Positions 8,193 to 17,168 of a stretch of 64,000 nucleotides of DNA are shown here, one piece after another. This DNA is from Halorutilales archaeon Cl-col2-1 (GTDB taxonomy: Archaea; Halobacteriota; Halobacteria; Halobacteriales; Afararchaeaceae), in contig CP169074.1 in the NCBI GenBank assembly GCA_041891055.1, positions 1,440,001 to 1,504,000 on the forward strand, given 5' to 3'. Under the pieces are notes generated by a model, which did not search any database, was not told where the DNA came from, and saw only the letters and a list, made by a program, of their open reading frames with translations. A program made the position numbers and the translations under genes. The first letter of the stretch is position 1. Every line of letters begins with the position of its first letter.

Positions 8193-8992
8193 GCATAGTA
8201 GAGATCGACGGCCTCGTCCACAGATACGAGAACGACGGCGACGCAGCCGTTAGTGGCGTAAGTCTCTCGATCGACGAAGGTGAGTTCGTCCTCGTCTGCG
8301 GAAGAAACGGAAGCGGCAAGACGACACTTCTGCGCCATCTCAACGCCCTACTCGAACCCGACGAGGGTGAGGTCAAAGTCGACGGGAAGATAGCACACGA
8401 GAACAAGACCCACGCAAGGACGACTGTCGGTATGGTCTTCCAGGACGCGAGGTCACAGATAGTCGGAGAGACCGTCGAAGACGACGTCGCATTCGGTCCC
8501 GAGAACCTGGGTCTCGAAGACGACGAGATAAGGAGACGCGTTGACAGAGCACTCTCCGACCTCAGCATACGCCATCTTTCTGACAGGTCACCGAGGAGTC
8601 TTTCGGGAGGTGAGGTTAGACGCCTCGCAGTCGCTGGAGTCTTAGCAATGGAGCCGCGCGTCGTCGTCCTCGACGAGCCTCTCGCGGGTCTCGACTCCGA
8701 GGGTGTCGAAGACGTACTCGAAGCCCTCGAATCGCTCAAACGGAAAGGTATGACAGTACTCGTCGCCACCCACTCGACCGGCGATTTTATCGAGTCGGAT
8801 GTCCCCGACAGGATGGTAGTAGTCGACGACGGCAAGGTGGTCGAGGACGGCGAACCTTTCGAGACTCTATTCTCAGGTGTCGAGGAGTACGGAGTCCCCG
8901 AGCCCTACGTCGTGAGGCTTCTGAGACGTGCGGGAGTCGACGCCGAGGCTGTCGAAGGAGCACAGCCGAAGGAAGTCGTCGATCTAATATGA
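8189..8992 (+). CDS. ECF transporter ATPase (BioM/EcfA)
   Basis: ATG 8189 overlapping the bioY stop; GRNGSGKTT Walker A, VFQD Q-loop, LSGGE, LDEP. Confidence 0.9.
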   Translation: MSIVEIDGLVHRYENDGDAAVSGVSLSIDEGEFVLVCGRNGSGKTTLLRHLNALLEPDEGEVKVDGKIAHENKTHARTTVGMVFQDARSQIVGETVEDDVAFGPENLGLEDDEIRRRVDRALSDLSIRHLSDRSPRSLSGGEVRRLAVAGVLAMEPRVVVLDEPLAGLDSEGVEDVLEALESLKRKGMTVLVATHSTGDFIESDVPDRMVVVDDGKVVEDGEPFETLFSGVEEYGVPEPYVVRLLRRAGVDAEAVEGAQPKEVVDLI

Positions 8993-9720
8993 AGCCAAGA
9001 TACTCTAAGGACGAGACACATCTCCACGGTCTCGACGCGAGATCAAAGCTCGTGAGTCTGACACTCGTGTCGGTAGGCGTTATGGTCTCACCGCCCCAGA
9101 GCGGTCTACTTCTGGGTCTTACCGCAGTTGGCGTCGGTGTCGTACTCACAGGTATCCGTCTCGGAAGTCTACTTAGAGACATCTGGATAGCTCTTCCTAT
9201 AATGGTAGTCGGAAGCCTCGGAAGATGGTACACGACGGGATTCGCGACGTCGGGACTCATAGACGGCGGGGTCGCGAGCGCGCGTTTCGGTATAGTCCTC
9301 TCACTCGCGTACGTCTTCTCCTACACGACATCGCCGACAGAGACACGTCTCGCAGTCGAGTACTTCCTGGGACACGTGCCTTTCGTCAACGAGACCGACT
9401 GGGGGGCGATGGTCGAGGTCGCGGCGCGTTTTGTTCCTCTCGTATCCGACGCGACACGTGAGGTCAGGGAAGCAAATAAGGCACGTCTCGGGGACACGAG
9501 AGGCTGGACACGGAGAGTAAGATCGGTATCGATACCTCTCGTGACACGTATGGTCGAAAGGGCGGACACTCTCGTTCTTGCGATGTCGTCGCGCGCCTAC
9601 TCGGAGGACAGAACCAGTCTGAGAAGCCTCGGATGGAAAAGAGACGACACGGCTCTCGTCGCCGCGTCGGTGGTGGGTGTCGTGTTGTCGTTGTCTTTTT
9701 CTCTGTCCCAGTATCTTTAG
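8989..9720 (+). CDS. ECF transporter transmembrane T component (BioN/EcfT)
   Basis: LHGLDARSK, ARFVP, KARLG and MSSRAY coupling motifs. Confidence 0.85.
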   Translation: MKPRYSKDETHLHGLDARSKLVSLTLVSVGVMVSPPQSGLLLGLTAVGVGVVLTGIRLGSLLRDIWIALPIMVVGSLGRWYTTGFATSGLIDGGVASARFGIVLSLAYVFSYTTSPTETRLAVEYFLGHVPFVNETDWGAMVEVAARFVPLVSDATREVREANKARLGDTRGWTRRVRSVSIPLVTRMVERADTLVLAMSSRAYSEDRTSLRSLGWKRDDTALVAASVVGVVLSLSFSLSQYL

Positions 9721-9721
9721 T

Positions 9722-10012
9722 TCAGCCCGTGAGAAGGAGCGTCCACGATATGAACCAGAGGTCGAATGTCATGAAGCCTACGTAGAGCCAGTCCTTCGTG
9801 TCCATCTCTTCCTTTCCGAGGTACGGCAGAAGTGGCTTCTGTGCCCCTATGGCTCCGACGAGGAGGTAGAGACCCCAGATGTCGCCGAGTCCCATCGAGG
9901 TAGTCACGAACCAGGAGGCTGCTGCGGCAAGAATGCCGAAGACGGATGAGAGTGCGGTGACCTTGACGCCGCGTATGTGTGCCTCTCTCTTTTCGTGGGC
10001 TTTGGCTGCCAT
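9722..10012 (-). CDS. Archaeal EMC6-like small membrane protein
   Basis: 3 TM helices; KDWLYVGFMTF.LWFISWTLLL C-terminus. Confidence 0.7.
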   Translation of the reverse strand: MAAKAHEKREAHIRGVKVTALSSVFGILAAAASWFVTTSMGLGDIWGLYLLVGAIGAQKPLLPYLGKEEMDTKDWLYVGFMTFDLWFISWTLLLTG

Positions 10013-10105
10013 TAGGCTGACTCAGTCTTCGAGTTCCTTAATCCCTTTCTTTCGGTAGTCGGAACGTACCACTACGCTCATACGGCAAAGAGACGTACTC
10101 GGAAC

Positions 10106-11350
10106 ATGAACGACGTACTCGAAGAAGCCAGATGCGTCCTCGACGAGGGCGACGTCTGTGACTACTGTCTCGGGAGGAGGTTTGCGACTCTGTCGTACGG
10201 TCTGTCGAACCGTGAGAGAGGTAAGGCTGTCAGGACTGCTGTCGCCCTCGAAGACGACGACGAGTTCGAGGACGCAGCCAGCGACGACTGCTGGGTCTGT
10301 GACGGCGCGTTCACACGTCTCGACGACTGGGCGGAGAGAGTAGTCGAGAGCTTAGAAGGATACGACTTCGACAACTTCTTAGTCGGCACACGTACGCCGC
10401 CGCTCGTAGAAGAAAACGAGAGCCTCCTCGACAGTATCTGTGGCGACGACAACGCCAAGAGCTTCAGACACGACTACAACCGCGAGGTCGGAAAGAGGGT
10501 AGGCGAGAAGGTCGGAAAGGACGTCGAGTTCGAACGTCCCGATGTCGTCGGCATACTCAACCTCCAGGAGGACGAGGTCGAGGTTCAGATAAACCCGGTC
10601 TTCATCTACGGCAGGTACAGGAAGCTCGAACGGGGAATTCCCCAGACTGAATGGCCCTGTCGTGACTGTGGGGGAAGAGGCTGTGAGAGGTGTGACGGCA
10701 CGGGATATATGTACGACGAGAGCGTCGAGGAGATAATACGTCCCCACGTGATAGAGGCGACCGAGGGCGACGAGATGGTCTTCCACGGTGCGGGAAGAGA
10801 AGACGTCGACGCGAAGATGCTCGGATCGGGGAGACCCTTCGTAGCCGAGGTCAAGGAGCCCCGAGTGAGACGTCCCGGCTTAGACGAGATACGTCAGAAG
10901 GTCAACGGGACGGGTAAGGTCGAGGTCGAGGATCTCCACTTCGTGACGCGCGACACTGTCGAGAGGGTCAAGAGCCTCGACTCGTCGAAGAGATACCGCG
11001 CGAAGGTCGTCTTCTCCGAGGAGGTCTCCGACGACGAACTCGACGACGCCCTGAGTGAGATAGAGGGAGAGATAGAACAGAGAACACCCGACAGGGTCTC
11101 ACACAGACGCGCTGACAAGGTGCGAAGGCGTGAGGTCTACGACGCCGAGGGCGAAACAGAAGACGAGACGACCGCGACAGTCGAGGTACACGGCACGGGA
11201 GGTCTCTACATAAAGGAGCTTATCTCGGGAGACGGGGGCAGAACGAACCCGAGTCTGTCAGGTCTCTTGGGAGTCGACGCCGAGGTCGAGAGCCTCGATG
11301 TCGTCGACGTCATAGGCGACTACCTCAAGGACGACTACATCAAGGAGTGA
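10106..11350 (+). CDS. pus10: tRNA pseudouridine(54/55) synthase Pus10
   Basis: CDYCLGR Zn motif, YGRYRKLERGIPQT.W, HGAGREDVDA catalytic Asp, GGLYIKELISGD.GRT.PS. Confidence 0.95.
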   Translation: MNDVLEEARCVLDEGDVCDYCLGRRFATLSYGLSNRERGKAVRTAVALEDDDEFEDAASDDCWVCDGAFTRLDDWAERVVESLEGYDFDNFLVGTRTPPLVEENESLLDSICGDDNAKSFRHDYNREVGKRVGEKVGKDVEFERPDVVGILNLQEDEVEVQINPVFIYGRYRKLERGIPQTEWPCRDCGGRGCERCDGTGYMYDESVEEIIRPHVIEATEGDEMVFHGAGREDVDAKMLGSGRPFVAEVKEPRVRRPGLDEIRQKVNGTGKVEVEDLHFVTRDTVERVKSLDSSKRYRAKVVFSEEVSDDELDDALSEIEGEIEQRTPDRVSHRRADKVRRREVYDAEGETEDETTATVEVHGTGGLYIKELISGDGGRTNPSLSGLLGVDAEVESLDVVDVIGDYLKDDYIKE

Positions 11351-11381
11351 AAGCGGGGGAAATAGAGATAGTAGAACACAA

Positions 11382-11447
11382 GACGGCTCGGTTTGGGTTT
11401 TCATTCACACTCGGGCTCAGTGGGGGTAACGCGTCGTCATCGCCGTC
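11382..11447 (-). ncRNA. Box C/D 2'-O-methylation guide sRNA (predicted target 23S rRNA helix 69, G1909 E. coli numbering)
   Basis: Minus strand GACGG-CGATGA-CGACGCGTTACCCCCA-CTGA-GCCCGAGTGT-GAATGA-AAACCCAAA-CCGA-GCCGTC: terminal stem, C, D', C', D boxes; TTAA TATA element ~27 nt upstream. Confidence 0.75.
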
Positions 11448-11601
11448 AACTCGGCTACGTCGCTTAGGAGGATTAAGCCAGCGGTTTCTGCCGGCGTCAG
11501 GCAAAGTTTTTTAACCACAAAGCCGCGTGGTATAGATAGACACAAGAGATACGGTATAGCTCTATCTTAAAAGTTAAAGCCGTATAACTGACAGATCAAG
11601 T

Positions 11602-11883
11602 ATGATTGACCGTCTAGAGAAGGAAGTCGATATGCTGGAACGCCACCTGACCGTCCTCAAGATGGTCAGCGAGAACGCTCCGATAGGGATAGTAAAGCTG
11701 AGCGACGAGACGGGGTATCCCCACCACAAGATACGTTACTCGCTTCGTGTCCTTGAGGAGGAGAACCTCATAGAGCCGTCGTCACAGGGCGCTATAACCA
11801 CGGAGGACACTGAGGAGTTCATAGAGTCTCTCGACGACAAGATCGACGAGATGACTCAGCGTCTTCAGGACATGAAGATATAG
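11602..11883 (+). CDS. Winged-helix predicted transcriptional regulator (conserved archaeal)
   Basis: PIGIVKLS.ETGYP.HKIRYSLRVLEEENLIEPS..GA. Confidence 0.75.
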   Translation: MIDRLEKEVDMLERHLTVLKMVSENAPIGIVKLSDETGYPHHKIRYSLRVLEEENLIEPSSQGAITTEDTEEFIESLDDKIDEMTQRLQDMKI

Positions 11884-11885
11884 TA

Positions 11886-11921
11886 CAGAAACAGAAAAAG
11901 CGCGTGGATCTGTTTTTCTGT
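11886..11921. terminator. Putative bidirectional terminator between convergent genes
   Basis: ACAGAAACAGAAAAAG...TCTGTTTTTCTGT: T-tracts on both strands and an imperfect inverted repeat. Confidence 0.4.
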
Positions 11922-11923
11922 CC

Positions 11924-12904
11924 TCAGTATCCCTCGGCGGACTCTATCTTACCCCACATCGTGGTATAGAGTATTCCGAAGTAGACGAAGATGAGGGGCA
12001 TGAGTATAGCCGAGCCTATAGTCATCAGGTTGAGCGGAAGCGTCGAGACTATAGCCTCGTCGTATCTGAGCCCGGTCGCTGGGTCGACGAGAGGGAACAT
12101 CACCGCGGCGACGTAGGCGACGAGTCCGAAGGCGAGTCCCGCCGCCGACGCGAATGCGACGTAGTTCCTCTTTCTGGATACCGAGTAGACGTAGATGACC
12201 GTCAGACCGAGACTGAGTGCGACGAGTCCAAGGGGTAAGGGGGAGACTAGCGACCCCCTGATTCCGGGGTAGAAGACGTATATGTATCCGAGACCCGCGA
12301 CGAGGAGACCGAGGTACGCCACCGCCGAGATGACGCCGTACTTCGAGACGTCGATGTCGGTCTTGACGCTGAGGAAAGCCGCGCCGTCGAGAACCGTGAG
12401 TGCGACGAGGACGGCTCCGACGACTACTGCGGGGAGGTTGACTATACTCGTCGCGCCGAGGAGCCAGTTAGAGGTGAAGGCTCCGAGGAAGAAGGGCGAC
12501 GCCGTGCTTCCGAATATGAAGGCACGTCCCCACCACTTCTGCCACGTCTCGTCGTGTCTCTGTTCGTAGAACTCGGGTGCGAGCCCTCGTATTATGAGAG
12601 ATCCGAGAATGGCGAACATAAGGAGGTAGTTCCGGCTGAAGAGGTTGGCGTACACCTCGGGGAAAGCAGCGAAGAGGGCTCCTCCGAAGACGACTAACCA
12701 GACCTCGTTTCCGTCCCAGAAGGGTCCTATTGCGGCGAGTATCTTCTCCTGTGCCTCGTGATCCTCGAAGGCGAATATGATCCCCGCTCCGAAGTCGAAT
12801 CCGTCGAGGAAGACGAACATCCCGAGTATGAAGAAGATCAGACCGAACCAGATCTCCTGGAGCGGGAGTCCGAGTATGTGGTGTGTGCTTAGTGTGAGTA
12901 TCAT
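11924..12904 (-). CDS. cydB: Cytochrome bd oxidase subunit II
   Basis: LDGFDFGAG, IGPFWDGNEVWLV..GGALFAAFP. Confidence 0.95.
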   Translation of the reverse strand: MILTLSTHHILGLPLQEIWFGLIFFILGMFVFLDGFDFGAGIIFAFEDHEAQEKILAAIGPFWDGNEVWLVVFGGALFAAFPEVYANLFSRNYLLMFAILGSLIIRGLAPEFYEQRHDETWQKWWGRAFIFGSTASPFFLGAFTSNWLLGATSIVNLPAVVVGAVLVALTVLDGAAFLSVKTDIDVSKYGVISAVAYLGLLVAGLGYIYVFYPGIRGSLVSPLPLGLVALSLGLTVIYVYSVSRKRNYVAFASAAGLAFGLVAYVAAVMFPLVDPATGLRYDEAIVSTLPLNLMTIGSAILMPLIFVYFGILYTTMWGKIESAEGY

Positions 12905-12913
12905 TGTTGTCGT

Positions 12914-14353
12914 TTAGTCGTCACTCGGGACGCCGTAGGGCGTGTCTCTGTCTGTGTCCTTGTCGGTGTCGGTGCCTGCGTCTGTTCCTCTCCTGCCCTC
13001 CTCATCAACTCCGTCAACCTCGGGAGGACCCTCACGTATAATCCTGTATACGACGTACGAGTAGACGCCGAGTATCGCTGCGTATCCGAGGACGAAGCCC
13101 GTGAGTGTTAGAACTGCATCGCCTGAAGTAAGCGTGGGTGAGACTGCATCCTGTGTCTTCATGACTCCCTGTATGACCCACGGCTGTCTGCCGACCTCTG
13201 TGACGACCCAGCCTGTCTCTACTGCGACAATACCGAGAGGTGCCGAGGCTACCATCGCCTTGTGGAGTAGGTCGTCCTCGAAGAGTTCGTCCTTCCACCA
13301 TCTGTAGGCTCCCCAGAATGCGAGGACGACGAACCAGGTTCCTATCGCTACCATGACCCTGAACGCCCAGAAGACTATCGCTACGGGCGGAGCCTGGGTG
13401 TCGAATGACTCCAGACCCCGTATCTCGGCAGTCGGATCGCCCCCGCTCGCTAGCCACGAGGCTCCTCCGGGTATTCCTATTCCGAATATCTCCTTAGCGC
13501 GCGGGTTGGTTATCTGATCGAGACTCGTCGGAACAGCAAAGAGGTACTCGGGGACGTACGACTCGGTCTCCCAGACAGCCTCCATCGCCGCGAACTTCTG
13601 TGGCTGTGTCTCGACTACGTGGCGTCCGTAGGCGTCTCCGTGGATGACCTGGAACGGAGCGACGAGAACCATGACTAGGAGGGCTATCTTGAGAGTCTTC
13701 CTCCAGAACCGCGAGTCACGGTTAGTCCAGACGTGGTAGGCGGCGACGCCTGCCATGAAGACGGCGACCGAGAGGACGGCGGCACTCTGCATATGCGTGT
13801 ACATCCACGGGAACCTCGGGTTGGCGTATGCGGCTATCGGGTCGACGAGTGTGATTATGGGCTGTCCGTCCTCCATGACTGTCTCGAATCCCCTCGGCGT
13901 CTGCATCCATGAGTTGGCGATGAGTATCCAGAGCGCGGAGAGCCACGACCCGAGAGCGACCATCACTCCCGCGAAGAAATGGAGCTTGTCGGAGACTTTC
14001 TCCTTGCCGAAGAGGAAGATTCCGAGGAATGTGGCTTCGAGCATGAAAGCCATCATCCCCTCGACCGCGAGGGGTCCTCCGAATAGCTCTCCGACCGACT
14101 CCGAGAAGGCGGCGAAGTTGGTTCCGAACTCGAACTCGAGGACTATTCCTGTAACTGTGCCGACGACGAAGCTGACTGCAAATATCTTCGTCCAGAAGTC
14201 GCGGAGCTGTTCGTAGACTCCGTCGTCGGATCTCATGCTCTTCCACGTGAAGTAGACGAGGAACGGACCGAGTCCCATCGACATCACGGGGAAGATTATG
14301 TGTACGACCGTCGTCAGCGCGAACTGAAGACGGCTTGCGAATACTGGGTCCAT
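12914..14353 (-). CDS. cydA: Cytochrome bd oxidase subunit I
   Basis: SRLQFA...HIIFP, FEFGTN, ANSWMQTP, QPQKFAAME, GWVVTEVGRQPW. Confidence 0.95.
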   Translation of the reverse strand: MDPVFASRLQFALTTVVHIIFPVMSMGLGPFLVYFTWKSMRSDDGVYEQLRDFWTKIFAVSFVVGTVTGIVLEFEFGTNFAAFSESVGELFGGPLAVEGMMAFMLEATFLGIFLFGKEKVSDKLHFFAGVMVALGSWLSALWILIANSWMQTPRGFETVMEDGQPIITLVDPIAAYANPRFPWMYTHMQSAAVLSVAVFMAGVAAYHVWTNRDSRFWRKTLKIALLVMVLVAPFQVIHGDAYGRHVVETQPQKFAAMEAVWETESYVPEYLFAVPTSLDQITNPRAKEIFGIGIPGGASWLASGGDPTAEIRGLESFDTQAPPVAIVFWAFRVMVAIGTWFVVLAFWGAYRWWKDELFEDDLLHKAMVASAPLGIVAVETGWVVTEVGRQPWVIQGVMKTQDAVSPTLTSGDAVLTLTGFVLGYAAILGVYSYVVYRIIREGPPEVDGVDEEGRRGTDAGTDTDKDTDRDTPYGVPSDD

Positions 14354-14392
14354 ATTGGTTACCTCCTACTCTTGTAGTAGCTTCCGTAGACG

Positions 14393-14461
14393 CTTAACCC
14401 CTTCTTAAGAGCCAAGATTTAGTATGTGGATTGGTCTCAGCATGAAAGGAGCAATATTTGG
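14393..14461 (-). promoter_or_regulatory. cydAB promoter: TATA/BRE with two CAA-N3-TT(G/A) palindromes 39 bp apart
   Basis: GTTAAG TATA 14398-93; CCAAGATTTAG 14412-22; GCAATATTTGG 14451-61; SD AGGAGGT before the ATG; 30/37 ungapped identity to 50995-51031. Confidence 0.65.
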
Positions 14462-15586
14462 CTAGTTCTCGACTGGTACGTCGACGAGGTTACCCCACTC
14501 GGTCCAAGAGCCGTCGTAGTTGGCGACCATGCCGTAGCCGAGTAGCTCTGAGAGGACGAACCAGACGAGAGACGACCTTTCGCCTATGCTACAGTAGACG
14601 ATGACGTCCCTGTCAGGGGTGATACCGCGATCCTCGAATAACGACTTGAGTTCGTCGCGGCTCTTGAACCTGCCGTCGTCGTCTATCGTCTTCGACCAGT
14701 GGAAAGCCTCGGCACTCGGAATATGTCCACCGACCTCGACCTGAGGAACCTCTCCCGGCGGCGCGAGGCTCTCACCTCTGAACTCCGACGGACTCCTGAC
14801 GTCGAGTATCTTGGTGTCCTGTCTGAGAGCCGCCTTTACGTCGTCCCTGTACGCACGTATCTGTTCGAGTGTCTGTCCGGCGTCGTAGTCGCGCTGGGTG
14901 AAGTCGGGGGTATCACACGTCTGGTCGTAACATCTCTCGTCCCAGTAGTTCTTGCCGCCGTTCATGAGGTATACGTCGTCGTGTCCGTAGTAGGTCATCA
15001 TCCAGTAGGCGTACGCAGCGAACCAGTTCCACTGGTTACCGTAGAGAACAACAGTCGAGTCCTCGGTGATCCCCTTCTCACCCATTATCTCCTCGTACGA
15101 CTTCTTGTCGGGGACTCCACGGCAGTTCTTCTGGGCTATGTCCTCCTCCCACGTCATCCTCGCCGCACCTGGTATGTGCCAGTCGTCGTAGGTCTCCCTC
15201 TCGGAGTCGACCTCGACGAGGCGCATAGACGTGTCATCTGTGGCGAACTCCTCGAGACGATCCTTCACCCAGTCAGCCTCTACGAGGACGTCGTTGGCGT
15301 ACTCCGACTCCTTTCCGAGAGCCTCATCGGAGAGCTCGTAACACGTCTGTCTCGCGTCGTGGACAGCGGGACTCGTATCGACGAAGCCCTCCTCTTCGAG
15401 GCGTTTAAGACCGTACCTAGTCGTACGTGTCGAGAGAAGTGTCTCCTCGGATATCTTCTTCTGAGTCATCCGTCCACATCTCTCAAGTGTCTTGTATATG
15501 AACTTAGAACTAGGTGGGAGTTCACGGAGTCTTTCTGTGATGGAGGGAGTCTCGGAGTCGGTGTTGGGACTGGAGTCTGATGACAT
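14462..15586 (-). CDS. Winged-HTH / tandem-rhodanese sulfurtransferase fusion
   Basis: N-terminal LPPSSKFIYKTL..MTQKKISEETLLSTRTTRYGLKRL..DARQ HTH; then HIPGA, GHIPSA, YCSIGERSS active-site loop, YDGSWTEWG. Confidence 0.85.
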   Translation of the reverse strand: MSSDSSPNTDSETPSITERLRELPPSSKFIYKTLERCGRMTQKKISEETLLSTRTTRYGLKRLEEEGFVDTSPAVHDARQTCYELSDEALGKESEYANDVLVEADWVKDRLEEFATDDTSMRLVEVDSERETYDDWHIPGAARMTWEEDIAQKNCRGVPDKKSYEEIMGEKGITEDSTVVLYGNQWNWFAAYAYWMMTYYGHDDVYLMNGGKNYWDERCYDQTCDTPDFTQRDYDAGQTLEQIRAYRDDVKAALRQDTKILDVRSPSEFRGESLAPPGEVPQVEVGGHIPSAEAFHWSKTIDDDGRFKSRDELKSLFEDRGITPDRDVIVYCSIGERSSLVWFVLSELLGYGMVANYDGSWTEWGNLVDVPVEN

Positions 15587-15656
15587 GGCTAGATATACGG
15601 GCTGAGTTATAATACTCTATGGGTTCGTACATCTAGAGAAAGAACTATGAAACCCG

Positions 15657-15726
15657 GCAATAAATGTTGGAACTTCGGCGTTTCTCAGAAGTACTAAACA
15701 TATTTTGGGCTTAGAGAACGTATAAG
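15657..15726 (+). promoter_or_regulatory. Promoter of rhodanese-MBL/TSUP operon with degenerate CAA-N3-TTG sites
   Basis: GCAATAAATGT 15657-67, ACATATTTTGG 15698-708, TATAAG 15721-26; geometry similar to the cydA promoter. Confidence 0.45.
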
Positions 15727-15754
15727 CCCGAACGTGTAATAGATACACACGACT

Positions 15755-16942
15755 ATGGCAGATAAGATAACCGTAGAGGAACTCAGAGACAAGCAGGACA
15801 GTGACGACGACTACGTTCTCGTAGACACGAGGAACCAGGAGGACTACGAGAACTGGCACATCGGCGGCGCAGTCAACGTCGAGTACTCCCACTCCGACGA
15901 CGAACTCAGAGGTGACTGGGAAGGGCTCGTCGAAGACCTCGGAATAGAGACGGACGACGAGATAGTCACGATCTGTGCGAAGGGCAAGTCGGCGAAGTCG
16001 TTCGCCGAGTATCTCGAAGGAGAAGGCTATACAGACGTAAAGAGCGTCGAGGGCGGCATGGAGTCGTGGAGCATGGTCTACGACATAGTCCCCGTAGCCA
16101 CACAGAGTGACGAGATAGACATCATACAGCTTCAGAGGAGATCGAAGGGATGTCTCGGATACATAGTCGGTGACAAGGCGACCGGGGAGGCTGCGGCGAT
16201 AGACGTCACACGTGCGACCGAGACATTCAAGAACGCCGCCGCCGATTACGGCTACGACATCGCTTACGTCTTAGACACACACATACACGCAGACCATATC
16301 TCGGGAGGAAGAAGGTTCGCTGAGGAGCTCGGTGTTCCGTACTACCTCGGAGAGAGAGCGAGAACGAGAGACCCCGACTACGACTTCGACGGCTTAGACC
16401 AGAACGAGGTACTCGAAGTCGGAGAGAACGTAGACATCAAGGCGATCCCGACGCCGGGACACACGACGGGAATGACGTCTTATCTCATCAACGACGAGGC
16501 TCTGACGACGGGAGACACAGTCTTCGTCGAGTCGATAGGACGCACGGAGCTCCAGTTCGCGGGAGACGAGGCAAAGGGAGGTGCTGAGATGCAGTACGAC
16601 ACCCTCCACGACAAGATTCTGTCGGAGCCCGACACAGTCAAGATACTCCCGGGACATTTCTCGGTCACAGACGACGGCGAGTTCATCGACGTCACACCCG
16701 GTACACCGATGATGACGACTGTCGGTTACCTCAGACAGAACAACAGAGCGCTCCAGATGGACGAAGACGAGTTCGTCGATTACATGTTCGACAACATACC
16801 CTCGAAGCCCCCCAACTACGAGAAGGTCATCGCCACCAACAGCGGCGACTACGAGCCTGAGGACAAAGCCGAGGAAGACGAACTCGAACTAGGTCCCAAC
16901 CGCTGTGCCGCGACCGAGGAAAGTATGGTCGCTGACGACTGA
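15755..16942 (+). CDS. Rhodanese plus metallo-beta-lactamase (persulfide dioxygenase-like) protein
   Basis: Rhodanese ICAKGKS loop; DTHIHADHISG, TPGHT, TGDTVF..GR, LPGH; C-terminal GPNRCA. Confidence 0.85.
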   Translation: MADKITVEELRDKQDSDDDYVLVDTRNQEDYENWHIGGAVNVEYSHSDDELRGDWEGLVEDLGIETDDEIVTICAKGKSAKSFAEYLEGEGYTDVKSVEGGMESWSMVYDIVPVATQSDEIDIIQLQRRSKGCLGYIVGDKATGEAAAIDVTRATETFKNAAADYGYDIAYVLDTHIHADHISGGRRFAEELGVPYYLGERARTRDPDYDFDGLDQNEVLEVGENVDIKAIPTPGHTTGMTSYLINDEALTTGDTVFVESIGRTELQFAGDEAKGGAEMQYDTLHDKILSEPDTVKILPGHFSVTDDGEFIDVTPGTPMMTTVGYLRQNNRALQMDEDEFVDYMFDNIPSKPPNYEKVIATNSGDYEPEDKAEEDELELGPNRCAATEESMVADD

Positions 16943-17017
16943 GACGGCGAGACACACACATACACACAACGGTTTGAACCCAATAAACAAAAACAACACA
17001 ACAGAAAGGACAGATCA

Positions 17018-17167
17018 ATGCTCGGACTAGAGTCATTATCGGCGAACGTGAAAGCCCTCGCCATAATCGGGATACTACTGACGGAGGCTATCGTGCTGAA
17101 CGCCTTCTACGGATTTCTCGACCAGGCGTTTGCTCCAACCATAATGAAGTACATAAAGGGTGAATGA
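17018..17167 (+). CDS. Small single-TM protein, 49 aa, preceding TSUP (haloarchaeal)
   Basis: Manual translation MLGLESLSANVKALAIIGILLTEAIVLNAFYGFLDQAFAPTIMKYIKGE; below ORF-track cutoff. Confidence 0.65.
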   Translation: MLGLESLSANVKALAIIGILLTEAIVLNAFYGFLDQAFAPTIMKYIKGE

Positions 17168-17168
17168 G

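Noticed and set aside
14699-15580. Long antisense/shadow ORFs (e.g. 14699-15580, 35807-36682, 51124-52203, 61763-62608)
   Set aside because: Typical of GC-rich, codon-biased genomes; Ser/Arg- or Val/Leu-rich with no motifs, overlapping well-supported genes.
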